In this document: positions 46,820 through 59,174 of the stretch, in pieces | Layout: the number at the start of each line of letters is the position of its first letter | Numbering within the stretch: the stretch's first letter is position 1 | Assembly (NCBI GenBank): GCA_043228905.1 | Contig: JBHGNT010000008.1 | Coordinates: 20,212,001-20,276,000 of the forward strand | Direction: 5' to 3' | Source: Azolla caroliniana | Lineage: Eukaryota; Plantae; Polypodiophyta | DNA: 64,000 bases | The notes under the pieces: generated by a model | Databases searched by the model: none | What the model was told of the DNA's origin: nothing | The model's input: only the letters and a program-made list of their open reading frames with translations | Position numbers and translations under genes: made by a program

Positions 46820-48280
46820 AGGTTGATTTATTTATTAGGTTCAGGCGAATGCATCCAAATATCAAAGTTCAACTACAAACATTCGAGTCTCTTATGCCAC
46901 ACTTTGTGAGACGCTTGAAGAATCGATACAGATGTTGTTGCATTTACCATGTACAAATGGGTTTTCTCAAGGACCCTTTTAGATTGAGTACTGTGTCCGA
47001 GAGAAATTGAGGCCATCTTCCAAAGTCATAAATGTGTCATAGGTTTATGTCAAGATTATGGCCCTAGTAGATTTAGGTGGTGTCCAAATCAATTGAGTAG
47101 TGAAATATTAATCTCTGTCAAGTTATTTGAGTCAATTAACACCAATTTCGAAGGAAAGGTGTGTAAAAGAAAGGATCTAGTTAGGAAGTCGCTTAAACCA
47201 AGGGATTTGGTGTCTCTATTTTTAGTATTTCTAGGAAAGTTCATTAACCACAACTTTATTTATTCATGCCAAGCCCATCAGTTTAAGACTTGCATATCTG
47301 ATTTTCCAAATGATGTAGTAGTCTCAATAGTAGATTTCGCAGTAGAATGAAATTCAATCTATGCATTGGTGTTCAGCGCAGGTAACCATTTTTGTGCACA
47401 TAACATATTTTCGGGTTTCAGGTAATGTTAAAAAAGTAATTCATTTTTTTATTTCTGATGATACGAAGCATGATACCTTCTTCATCCAACATTGTTTTAA
47501 CTTACATTGGCAATGATTATTAACTAAACGTTTGGAGCTTACTCAACATGGGGTCTGGTCTGATGGAGTTGCGTCACAATTCAAGGCTAGACGTCCATTT
47601 TATTTTGTGGGGAGGTATCCTGCTATAACAGGTTTGGAGATGAGATGGAATTTTTTTTGGGTCTAGCCATCGTAAAGGTGAATATGATGGTGCATGTGCT
47701 GTTATAAAGAGGGCACTTACCCATGAACAACTAAAGGTAGATGGTGTGCAGATGAATTGTGCAACACATGTAGTTGAATTTTTAAGAGCTAATATGTCAA
47801 CAAGTGCAACTGGTGTTTATTCCTCACAGGTTCGAGATATCAAACGTGAATTTTGGGAAGTGAAGATACATGAAGTAAATAGGGAGAAGACCTGGGAGTG
47901 CCCAGGAATTCCCGAATTGCGATCTCTCCATGTTGTTCACGGTTATTCTAGGTTAGATGTTCATTGTATTGCGGTTAGAGAATTAACTTGTTTTTGCTTC
48001 CATTGTGTGCAGGGAAATTGGAGGTATTGTTTAAATAAAGCATATAGTTAGAATTGGGAGTATCATACATTGAACGATAAGGAAGCAGTTGATGGAGAAA
48101 CAGAAAAGAATGTTGACTTCACATATCAAGGGCGTGAAGATACTCTAAGTGATGTCTTAAATGTTGGGTATACTTTTGTTGTAAATGCAATAGAAGGCAA
48201 TTCAGAGGGTGCTGATTTTGATATATTGAAGTGCACGTTTAGTAAACAGTGTGCAACGCAGAATATATTAGATAGATACA
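46820..48280 (+). pseudogene. Sola2-like DDD transposase pseudogene (upstream exon possibly 39850-40435)
   Basis: VSIVDFA, NEIQSMHW, ISDDTKHD, WSDGVASQFK, WNFF..HRKGEYDGACAVIK, RELTCFCFHC; frameshifts and stops. Confidence 0.75.
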
Positions 48281-48549
48281 GATTTACTCAAGTGAACCAT
48301 CTACAAATTAAAATAGTTTGCATAATTTTAAGAAAAAGCATTATCATGAAATCCGCAATCCTAAACATACTCTTAAAATTACACAGTAGATAAGTTACTC
48401 AAAACAAGCAATTTAATTCGTCATTGATTAATCTGTCATCAAATTACTTATTTATAACATCCCATTGCCAATGTTTTCAAATCGCCTATAAATAGCTAAG
48501 CTCTTGCTAGTCAGTGGAACTTCTCTAAATATATGATTTGCATACCGAG

Positions 48550-50160
48550 CTCAATATGAAGTCCACAACCATGTAGCTAGTTGGCAGCTCAATGTTTTCA
48601 CCAAATAGTGTCAAGGCATTTCCTCAGGTAGAATGAGACAACATCTGTAAATGTTGAGGTAATGCTGGAAATGTTTTGTATCCTGAATCAATGTATTGTC
48701 GGCATTATAATCTAGCCAAGTGGCCCAAAAATCAGAAAGTTTTTTGAATCTTGCAACATCCTTCTGCTCACAACTCTCTCGTGTCCACTGAGCCTTGACA
48801 TGTTGTCGCCACTTCGGGAAGAATCTTTGTACACACTTCCACACATCTGTACGTGGTTTTTCACTCCAAATAAGCAAATCAAAGTATTGTGTAGCCCATT
48901 CTAGAAATTGATTTGCGTCCCTCCTTGGTGTCATATATCACACACTGATCAGGACTTTATCAAGCTCCAAGATCAAGGCTCTTCTTTCTACTTCTAATGG
49001 CTTAGGTTTCCCTTCCTCTAACTGAGCCTCTATTACACCAATTACTGGTAGCACACAATTAATTTCAATCAACTCAGGTTCTGTTGACACAATTGGTATC
49101 CTTTTCCTCTTCAAACCCCTTGTCGACTGTGTTGGGCCTAGCTTCACATTTTGGTGCTCTTGTATTGTCGACTTACTCATTAGTTCAGTGCATGTAGATA
49201 TCACATGCTGCATCTACCTGCAAAATTAGATCATGTGTGCAACATGCTTGATCAACTTGTGTGACTAGATCATTTGTGTTAGTTTCTACATCTACTTTCA
49301 AGATGTGGCCCTCTAAACACGCAACAACATCAACAGTTTCCACACTGCCATCGGCCTTAGGAGCAATAGATTCAAACCCTTTAGGCTCTGCAACATCAGA
49401 AAACACCAACATATTCACACTCACAAAGTAATTAATAGTCTCACAAAACCACATAATGAACATGAAATATTTTCCATCATAGAGCAACATGAACATAATT
49501 ATCTTGGAGAAAAATCATAGAGTTCCATTACATAATGTGGATCAAGCAACAACCAATCTGAGGTTTTACTTGTCCAAATAGATCATAGTAAAACTTCATA
49601 AAGCCCTAGGAAAATCGCTAACAATCATATCCCACTCAAGAGCCCCTCGAGAGCCCCTCGACCGAGTAATTGGTCTTGTCCCCAATCATGGCCCCTTCTT
49701 CAACCTTTTTCTAGCCGGTTGCCCATTTAGCCTTGCTTCTTTGACCCATTACACAAGTGTGTCCTCCTTCGACAACCTTTCCATCATCTCAGCAGTGGCT
49801 TGCACATCAGCCTCGTCTTGCGCTAGCTTTTCCAGTACAATGGGATCTATTTGTACATTAGTAGTTGGGCTCGGTGGGGTGGAATGAATGTTTTGGGATT
49901 GGAAGAAATGTTGCATCAAGTGTTCAAAAACACTATTGTTGTGAACCTCACATTTACATGTTGTTTCCAATATTTCATGGCTTTTCACATCGTTGCCTAA
50001 TTCAGTACAATCTTCCAAAAGAATAGGGTGGAGCTTATCTGAAGGAGATGTGCTAGCAGGACTCTTACTTTCAGCCACGTTGGCAGCTATCTCCTCATTG
50101 GTTGGAGCGTCATTAGCACTAGACACCTCATGCGCCCTCCTTAATCCACAAGATTCTACA
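48550..50160 (-). pseudogene. Cargo gene remnant with a C-terminal FCP1/NIF (HAD-like CTD-phosphatase) domain
   Basis: RALILELDKVL...RRDANQFLEWATQYFDLLIWS...WTRESC...FKKLSDFW..YNADNTLIQD. In-frame stop at 48938. Confidence 0.6.
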
Positions 50161-50169
50161 ACAACATGG

Positions 50170-51080
50170 TCGCTAATTAGCTACTCAACTACATCTTAGC
50201 TAACTAACTATTCTTCTGGACTATGACAGTCACTGAGCTAATTAGCTACTTTGCTCAAGTATGGTACTAACTAATTAGCTACCACTTAGCTAATTAGCTA
50301 CTCTTTGTCAATATGGTAGCAACTAATTAGCTACTCTACTAAAGTATGGTAGTAGCTAATTAGCTACTCAGCTAAAGTATTGGAGTAGCTAATTAGCTAC
50401 TGTACTAAACTATGTTAGTAGCTAATTATCTATTGTACTAAACTATGTTAGTAGCTAATTGGCTACCACTTAGCTAATTAGCTACTCAACTAAAGTATGG
50501 TAGTAGCTAATTAACTACCACTTAGCTAATTAGTTACTCAACCAAACTATGGTACTAACTTATTAGTTACTCAGCTAAAGTATGGTAGTAGCTAATTAGC
50601 TACTGTACTAAACTATCGTAGTAGCTAATTAGCTATTGTACTAAACTATGGTAATAGTTAATTAGCTACCACTTAGCTAATTAGCTACTCAGCTAAAGTA
50701 TGGTAGTAGCTAATTAGCTACCACTTAGCTAATTATCTACTATACTAAACTATGGTAGTAGCAAATTAGCTACCACTTAGCTAATTAGCTACTCAGCTAA
50801 AGTATGGTAATAGCTAATTAGCTACCACTTAGCTAATTAGTTACTCAACTAAACTATGGTAGTAGCTAATTAGCTACTCAGTTAAAGTATGGTAGTAGCT
50901 AATTAGCTACCACTTAGCTACTTAGTTACTCAACCAAACTATGGTAGTAGCTAATTAGCTACCACTTAGCTAATTAACTACATGTTAGCTAGTTAGCTCC
51001 TACACTACAACCATAATAGTTAAATAGTTTCCACACTTTATACGGCTTACCTAGTTAGCAAAGATGTAACTAATTAGCTA
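50170..51080. repeat. Second TAGCTAATTAGCTA palindromic array
   Basis: Units such as gtagctaattagctactcagctaaagtatg and gtagctaattagctaccactta. Confidence 0.9.
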
Positions 51081-51423
51081 CACAATTTTACCTGTTAGTT
51101 TCCCCACTCATTTGGGAGAGTTGTACTACAATCTGGGAGAGCTGTACTGAAATTTGTAATTTGTCCTTTTCAACATGTATCAGAAATCAACCACTTAAAA
51201 AATCAAAAACCCTAATCAGAATTTGTCATGAGAATTGGTGCAAAATTACAACACATTGTGACAGTAATCAGAAATTTGTAACCACAAACTTGTAATCTGA
51301 AACCCTAAATCACTTAAGGGAAACATCAACCCTAATCATCACTAAAGGCAAAAATAAATCGCAATACGAAATTCTGTCAATCAGAAATAGACATGTTGCT
51401 ACACCCTGATCTTCGAGATATCA

Positions 51424-52210
51424 TTGTTTGGGACTCCAACGACTTCGCCCTATTCGATTTTTGGGAAAGATGAACAGGCACCAAAGTTACAAATAGTTAT
51501 CAGAAAGGAAAAAAAAAACTTTTTTAATATGTAACTGATACATACCTGGACGAGGATCGAACTCGTCGCGTGTTGTCGCTTTGAAGGTGCAATGCCAATC
51601 TCAGAGTTTTTGTGCTATTATGGGAGCTTTGTCTGCGTTCGTGCTCAGAGTACTCCATCTGTTTCAAGTTTGAACTGGAACTTAGGATTATCAGGAATTT
51701 GATGACATTCAAGTTGACCTTAGATGATGTCTGCGTTCCCCAAGTTCCACTACGTCAAAAACCAAAGTTCAAATATTCGAGTATTCTCATAAATTAAATG
51801 ACATGTATTTATCAAGTCATCCTTGTTTGGGACTCCAACGACTTCGCCCTATTCGATTTTTGGGAAAGATGAACAGGCACCAAAGTTATAGATAGTTATC
51901 AGAAAGGGAAAAAAAATCTTTTTTAATATGTAACTGATACATACCTGGACGATGATCGAACTCGTAGCGTGTTGTCACTCTGAAGGTGCAATGTCAATCT
52001 CAGAGTTTTTGTGCTATTATGGGAGCTTCGTCCGCGTTTGTGCTCAGAGTACTCCATCTGTTTCGAGTTTGAACTGGAACTTAGGATTATCAGGAATTTG
52101 ATGACATTCAAGTCGACCTTAGATGATGGCACTATTCCCCAGGTTCCACTACATCAAAAACCAAAGTTCAAATATTTGAGTATTCTCATAAATTAAATGA
52201 CATGTATTTA
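51424..52210 (+). repeat. About 399-bp tandem duplication
   Basis: ttgtttgggactccaacgac... begins at 51424 and again at 51823. Confidence 0.9.
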
Positions 52211-52579
52211 ATTTATAAAACATAAAATTTCGTAAGCCATCCTTATTATTTGCCCACAAAAAACTAGCTAAACAAATAGCTAATTAGCTGTGGCCATTTT
52301 AGTAGCTAATTAGCTATAATAGTGTTTCCACTCGCACGTTTTTACATAAGAACCAATGGCACCGGAGCCGGAGAACAGGCATGACTAGACGGGGTCGAAG
52401 GAATCAATGACACCCAGGGGTAATAAGTAGGTTACGTCGTACTTCTAGCGTACGCCAGAGGAATAAAATAAAAGAAAAGAAAAGAAAAATAGTAATAATG
52501 GTAATAATGAAACGAAAGAAAGAAAGAAAAAAGATATATGAGATTTCAAATGGTAATGATGAAGAGGTGATGGGAGCGA

Positions 52580-54693
52580 AGTGATGTCAGCCAAACAATT
52601 AAGAAACACCACGCATCATCATCATACTATAATTATCCATGGGATGCAAGCGCGGGAACCAAGAATAGACCTCAATGCATGGAGTGAAGAATCAGAGAAA
52701 TGGGGATACAGAAGTACCGAAAACAAGAGGGAGATTCATTTCGAGACAAGACCTCTCAAGAGTACAGAGTGCGTAGACAATGCAGAATACCAGAAAAACA
52801 CAAGCAAACGACCAAGCAAGGCATACTAGATACAGGGCGGAGAGAATCCCTTATTCTGGGAAGTGGCTAGAGTTTTCGTGTAATACGGGTTCGTGCATCC
52901 CCGACCGCTTGCCATGCCGAAGAACCACGAAGGGTTTATCATCGCAACCTTCGAGGGCTTGAGGGTGGATTGGCTGTTGATCCTTGCAACCTCACTCCGG
53001 ACGATGATCTCAATGGTGGCAGACGGAAAAAAGGCATGGACCAGAGTCGTGTAGTGGCTAACTGTTTTGGTGTCATCGCCACGAGCCATCAAGCCAAAGA
53101 AAAGGGTAAAGGCCGAAACAACGCTACAACAAACTTCCAAACACATACTCGCAGATGGATAGCAGAGGCATCTTGGCAAGCAAACAAAGTTCTAGAGCCA
53201 AGAAGAGAAGAACCGCCCAGGTCGGCAAAACCCATTTGAATCAAGCTAGAAACGGATTATGACCAACATTAGGACAAGTTGAAGTATGCCCGTGCTAAAC
53301 TCAAGGAGAAGACGAAGGCTCTAATGGCTCAGGAGAAATTGTTGGAAGAGAGAACGATACTACTACTGACCGACACAGTGAAAGAGCGAGCGGAAATACT
53401 TGACACTCAAAATCAACTAATAGAACGATCCTGGAGTGTATTGGAGAAAGTGCAAATAACATACCAAACCCCAATCCAGAATTATGAGGTGCAAGAAATG
53501 GCAACAACAGTGTTAATTAAGCAACTAAAGAAGGAAAAGGAGGCCATGGAAGATAAGGTCAAGATGGGCATCAACTGCATCCGGATGATCGTCAGTGCTT
53601 GTAAGGACCAAATAAAATGAAAATAGATGTTTGTTCTACACTAGTATGGAATCACTGGTCGAAAAAGGCAGCTGAACTCTAGATCCTTCGAGCTAATGCA
53701 TTGGCCGAAACACAAATAGACGTCGTCCGGAAGCTCCTTGTGGATGGACAGTTGAGGCATCCTGGAAGAAGAGAAGATGGAAATGGATTATGGCCAGCAT
53801 TAGGACATGTTGAAGTAGGCCCGTGCTCAACTCAAGGAGAAGACGGAGGCTCTAATGGCTCAGGAGAAATTGTTGGAAGAGAGAACGATGCAACTACTGA
53901 CCGACGCAATGAAAGAGCGGGCGAAAATTCTTGACAGTCAAAGTCAAATAATAGAACGATCCTGGAGTGTATTGGAGAAAGTGCAAATAACATACCAAAC
54001 CCCGATCCAAAATTATGAGGTCCAAGAAATGGCAACAACAACATTAATTAAGTAGTTGAAGAAGGAAACGGAGGCCATGGAAGATAAGATCAAGAGGGGC
54101 ATCAAGCGCATCCGGATGATCTTCAGTGCTTGGAAGGACCGAATAAAATGAAAATAGATGTTTGTTCCACACAGTATGGAATGACTAGTCGAAACAGGCG
54201 ACTGAACTTCAGATCCTCCGGGCTGATGCTAAAAACCGAAAGAAAGATGGCGACACCTTTTATAAGATGGATGAAGAAAGCATAGTCACCATCCAAGAAG
54301 AAGAATTGCTAGATGACTTTTATGCCTTGGCCAAAACACAAATAGTCGTCGTGCGGAAGCTCCTTCACGGGATCCGCACCGTTTAGTAGTCGGTAGTGAG
54401 TAAGGCACCGTTTTGTAACTCTTACCGGATTCCTATAAAAGGATTCAGATTGATGTATATTTTACGAAAGTAATGCAAGTTTAAGGATGGTTTTCTATTC
54501 TATTGTCTGATTTACGTTGTGTACTTTCCGTTTGTGCTATAATTTCTAACCTTACACGTGTAACTAAGATCCGGATAAGTGTGTGATTCCGGAAGGCATT
54601 CCGGAAAGTAACCGGATAGGGTTAAGTGAATAAGTGTCGAATCATTATCCATATCTCCGACCACCACTTTGGATATGTATTCCGGAAGGCAAC
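52580..54693 (+). mobile_element. Probable 3' region/LTR of the old gypsy host, with a degraded coiled-coil ORF and an internal duplication (about 53255-53690 vs 53786-54220)
   Basis: Duplicated MAQEKLLEERT..QNYEVQEMAT. TATA-like cctataaaagg at about 54431 and an ending ...ggcaaca. Boundaries uncertain. Confidence 0.4.
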
Positions 54694-56380
54694 ACCTTGT
54701 GTTTGTGGCTAGTCCGGCCTTGGATTAACAAGAATTCTCTTATCTCAATCTAAGGAGGCTCCCACTATTCGCGATCATGTTTAGGAACTTCTTTAAACCT
54801 TCTTTTAGTGTACAACCAACCATGAAGTCATTAGTTATGATACCACTATAGTTTAGAAAAGGATTCCCATGCCTGGAAATGAGTTTACTATGAAGAACTA
54901 GAAGCTAAAATAAATGTGATTCATGAAGTTATGTCTTACGTTGTGCATGTGTGGATGAGCCGAGGGATAGGGATAGAGATAAAACTATACCTAATATAGC
55001 ATAAATAAATACATGCAAGATGGAGACGATGGAGAGGGAGTGGGATATCAAACTTATCCACTTTATTCGATGCAAAGACATATCCCACTCACAAAGTTAA
55101 TGTTGCGCTTTATTAAACATATATCCAACATCTATGCCGTTGACCTTGTTATCTGAAGATGCATTTCAACTTTATTTGTGATGTATTGCCAATTTGAAAA
55201 TAATTTCGGTTTTCTTTTACTCTACTTTCAACCTAGTAGATCAACTGCAAATAGGTTGTGTTGCCAAAAAAATGCAATGTTTTTCCACTCCAAGAGATTT
55301 GGTAAATATATCCACCGATTATTGGTTTGTTTAGATATATCCAGACATTGATGGATACGTTCCAGATTGATGTCTTCGACTACGCAATCTACCTCAAGGG
55401 ATGTAGTAGTGGTAGTGCACAATCGTGTGCATTAGGCTCACATTGAGAATAGCATTCAATGTCAATTGCATGCTACTAAGGTTATCACATTGAGCATTTG
55501 TTATCATTCAAGATTTACGGAGAGTTGAGTCAGGGTGACGAAACTTAATGTTGTTGTATGTATGTGTAATGTATACGATTATAAGTGCAATTATGAGTGT
55601 GAGTAAATACGTATGTGAACACATCCACACATGTGTACATGTGGACATATAGAAGAGGTGTGAATGAGTGATTAGTGTGAATGGCTAAGGGGGGTTGCAC
55701 CCCTATGTATCTGCCCCTCTTGTAACTATTTAACCCTCTTATGGGGAATGAATGAATAAGGAATAACTTCTCTCTTAATCTCTCTTTCTCTCTTTGACAC
55801 CTTTTCTGTTCTCTCACATTGAACCCCCTTGGGAGCAAGATGAAGCCATTCTAAGCATCACCCCCCACCCCACAATTCTTCTAAATGCTCATCCCCACCC
55901 CACAATGATTCTCTACGCCATACCATTTCCATCTTCATTATTATCCTCAATCCCCCCAACGCTCATCACACATATCATCTCCATCACCAATCATCATTAT
56001 CATAAATATTAACCCTAACTCTAAAACATACAACATCATTATCTTAAAATGAGGATCAAAAAGCTCCATGCGAAGACGAGTGGCAAAATAATGTAGCACA
56101 AGGTGAAAAGAGCAAATAAGGATTTCCACTACGAGGAGTATTTCATAATATATTAAACAAATGAACATGTATAAGTCAATGAGCAAGTGGTCATAAGAGA
56201 TGAGGAAAAAGTTGCAACATTATGAAGAAAAAGGTGGGAATCTGCTACGGCACATCATAAATTTTGAATTGTCCAAATGTCAACTCATTATGAACAAACG
56301 ATTACACTCACATGATTACTGCACCTGTAATCCATAAGATTATTTATTTTCAATAATTAACTATGTTTGATATGAGTTTT

Positions 56381-56711
56381 TGTAAAAACATTACGTCTGA
56401 GAAGCATAGAGTACACACTCGGTTATCCGGAAACACAACAGTTAGGTATACACTGAGATGAGATAGATAGACAGACAAACAGAGATAGAGCAGAAAATGC
56501 TTTCTATTATGAAAACTCTCTATGCATACAATGTGAGTAGTGAGCACTCTTTAGCCAAGTCCTCAAAAGGACTGACAAAAGTACTGATGGGTACTTCAAT
56601 GCTAATAAATGATCTCTAACAGTACCTCTCTAAGATATTCCTATTACAATGAATAGGTATAACGGCCCTAACGGCCTATCGACTTCACCATTCGATATGG
56701 TTTTCGGCTTT
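56381..56711 (-). mobile_element. Partial, diverged copia E-related LTR interrupted by the next element
   Basis: Colinear similarity to 18047-18350 (gtgagcact..ttta..caagtcct..ctgaca..gtactga..tacttcaatgct). Confidence 0.55.
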
Positions 56712-59174
56712 TGTTGAGAGACAAGCTCAACATTCGGTGCATAATCGGGTGCATAACCCAGTGCGTAAATTGGGTGCGTAAAACCATGCGCACAATAGGC
56801 CGTAGCAGTGCGTAAACCGAGAGGCCATTAGGAAGTTATTCCTCGTAAGGAATAATTTTGGGAGTGTGTGTTGTCGGCTCATTTATGAGCAGTCAAGTAA
56901 TGTCAGTACTTGTGTCAACCCAATTGTCAGGGCTTATATAATATGTGCTCACTGAGCACAAAGCATGTATAGACAGAGAATTATTTTGAATAGAGTTGTG
57001 TATCTGCTCTCTCTCTCTGTCTCTCTGTCTCCGTCTCCATCTCTGTGTTTTCTACGTTTACCGAACTGTATACTCTGTGCTTTCCGCACACGCTTCCGCA
57101 CACGCTATTCTTTTACATGGTATCAGAGCACGAGTGTTGATCTCCTCTGCAACCGACAAGAAAAGCTTGCGACAAAATAGAGTTGAAGTTGTTCTTCATT
57201 TATATTTTTTTCAAAAAAGAAAAAGACTTCAATATGGATAGAGGTATGGGAAGCTCGCTACCGACTAAAAAGCTTGATAGGAGCAATTACGCATCCTGGT
57301 CGTACAAGATGCACCAGTACCTGCTCGGTCACGGCTACTGGACTTATGTCGAAGGACCTAATCATGGCACACCCGATTCGACACACATAGATTTTTCGGC
57401 TTGAGAACAAGCGGCAAGCAGAGTTCTCTACTACTTTGCATCCTACCAACTATTGAGCTATATTCAGGATGCTAAGATGCCAAAGGACGCGTGGGTGAAT
57501 CTCAAAAAGATTTTTGCTGCAAGCACAACGGCCAGGAAGCTGCAGCTTAGGCAGGAGCTCAGCAATGTCCGGCAAAAAGATCTATTTGTGGCCAATTACA
57601 CGGCCCGAATCAAGGAAATCTATGACTCACTCGCCTCCGTCAACGTGAACATCGAGGAGGACGAGATGGTGCAAGTGTGCCTTGGTGGGCTAGCGTCCAG
57701 GTTCGGAGCTTTCCGAACGGCGGTTTGTACAAGAAAGAATACGCCTTCGTTTTTTGACCTTCATCGATATTGCTCATAGAGGAAAACCATGTGGGTGCAT
57801 CGATGAGTACGCACGCTGACGAGAAGATGTTGTACACGGAGGAAGATAGGCCCCGTGGTCGTGGTGGACGAGGCAGATCAGCGCGCAATGGAGGCGGCCG
57901 ACAAGAGCAGAACAAGCAGCATAATCAAAATGCTGACAATAGTTCCGGACCTTCCACAAGTAGGGGGAGTCATGGTGGTGCCGGAAGCCAACAAGAGAAG
58001 GTCGCGTCAGAATGCTGGTACTGTGGCAAGAAAGGCCACAAGGAGAGTGAGTGCAGAAAAGAGAGAGTTTATTCGGACAAAGCCGGATCGAGCCGAAGAG
58101 ACGCAGAGAGGCGTTAGAGAGGCTTTCAGATGGGAAAACAACACCGACTTCCATTCCCCAATGAGCGTAATTGGAGTCGAAATACGCTCGATTTAATCCA
58201 TTCGGATGTGTGGGGACCGGCACAGAACGTGAGTCTCGGTGGAAGCCGTTACTTCGTAACCTTCATCGACGATTTCACTCGACACACGTGGGCATGCACG
58301 ATCATGAAGAAGAGCGAAGTCTTCGCATGTTTCCTTAAGATGAAGAGCCTTGCGGAAAGGGAAACAGGGCGTAAGATTAAATGCCTACGGTCCGAAGGCG
58401 GGAAGGAATACTTCTCCGACCAATTCATGAGTTATGTACAGAAGGAGGGAATTCAACATGAATTCTCGTGTAGATATACGTTGGAGCAGAATGGCGTAGC
58501 CGAAAGGAAGAAGCGGCTAGGGCAATGCTTGAAGAGAAGCATATGCCGAAATTCTACTAGGTTGAAGCCGTAAGGACGGTTGTCTACCTGCAGAATCAGA
58601 CTTCTGCTAATGGAGGAGTGTCGCCACATGAGCTATATTTCGGAAAGACGGCCACACTTGAGGATTTTCGGCAGCATCGCGTATGTGCCTGTGCCGAAGG
58701 AGAAAAGGAGGAAGCTAGATGCCAAAGCCAAAAAACGTATCTTGGTTGGCTATTCATACGCACAGAAGGGGTATAAGTGTTACAACCCCCGAACGAAGGA
58801 AGTACGCGTAAGCCGAGATGTCATGTTCGACGATTTCGTTCGTGGTACTTGCCTTCACCTCCAACTCCTCATGACTCCATTCCGAATTCTGAGGACGAAG
58901 TCAGCGACGCCAAAATGCCTCCGCACGATGAAGAAATTGGAGGTCTGAGAGAGAGTCTGATCTCATTTCGGTTAAGTGGGCCGAATGAGGGGTTGGGCTG
59001 AAATGGCCAACCTATTGAAGAGACGGCAAGTAGTGGAGACTCGACCGTGATGTCCCCGTGTAAAGAACCGAGGAGACGGTTTACACGCAAGGGGAAGGGC
59101 AAGAAGAAAATGCCGGAGTACGATTTCGGCGGCACCGAGTCAGTTCGGAGCGAATCTGACATTGAGCCTATCGT
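56712..59174 (+). mobile_element. Copia E-family element, 5' portion (LTR 56712-57117, PBS-Met 57118-57129, gag, integrase; protease deleted)
   Basis: MDRGMGSSLPTKKLDRSNYASW, CWYCGKKGHKESEC, HSDVWGPA, RSEGGKEY. Confidence 0.9.

Larger units (their letters stand above)
17253..52342. mobile_element. Old Sola2-like DNA transposon (about 8 kb net of nested elements E and F)
   Basis: Terminal inverted match c(a/g)tgcgagtggaaaca at about 17257-17272 and 52323-52338. TAGCTAATTAGCTA motifs at both ends and internally; transposase pseudogene inside. No TSD recognisable. Confidence 0.6.

Noticed and set aside
51205-51340. Telomeric repeat tract
   Set aside because: Only a few isolated AACCCTAA motifs, not a tandem array.
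54700-56380. Host gene in the AT-rich interval
   Set aside because: No convincing ORF or domain; probably unclassified TE debris.
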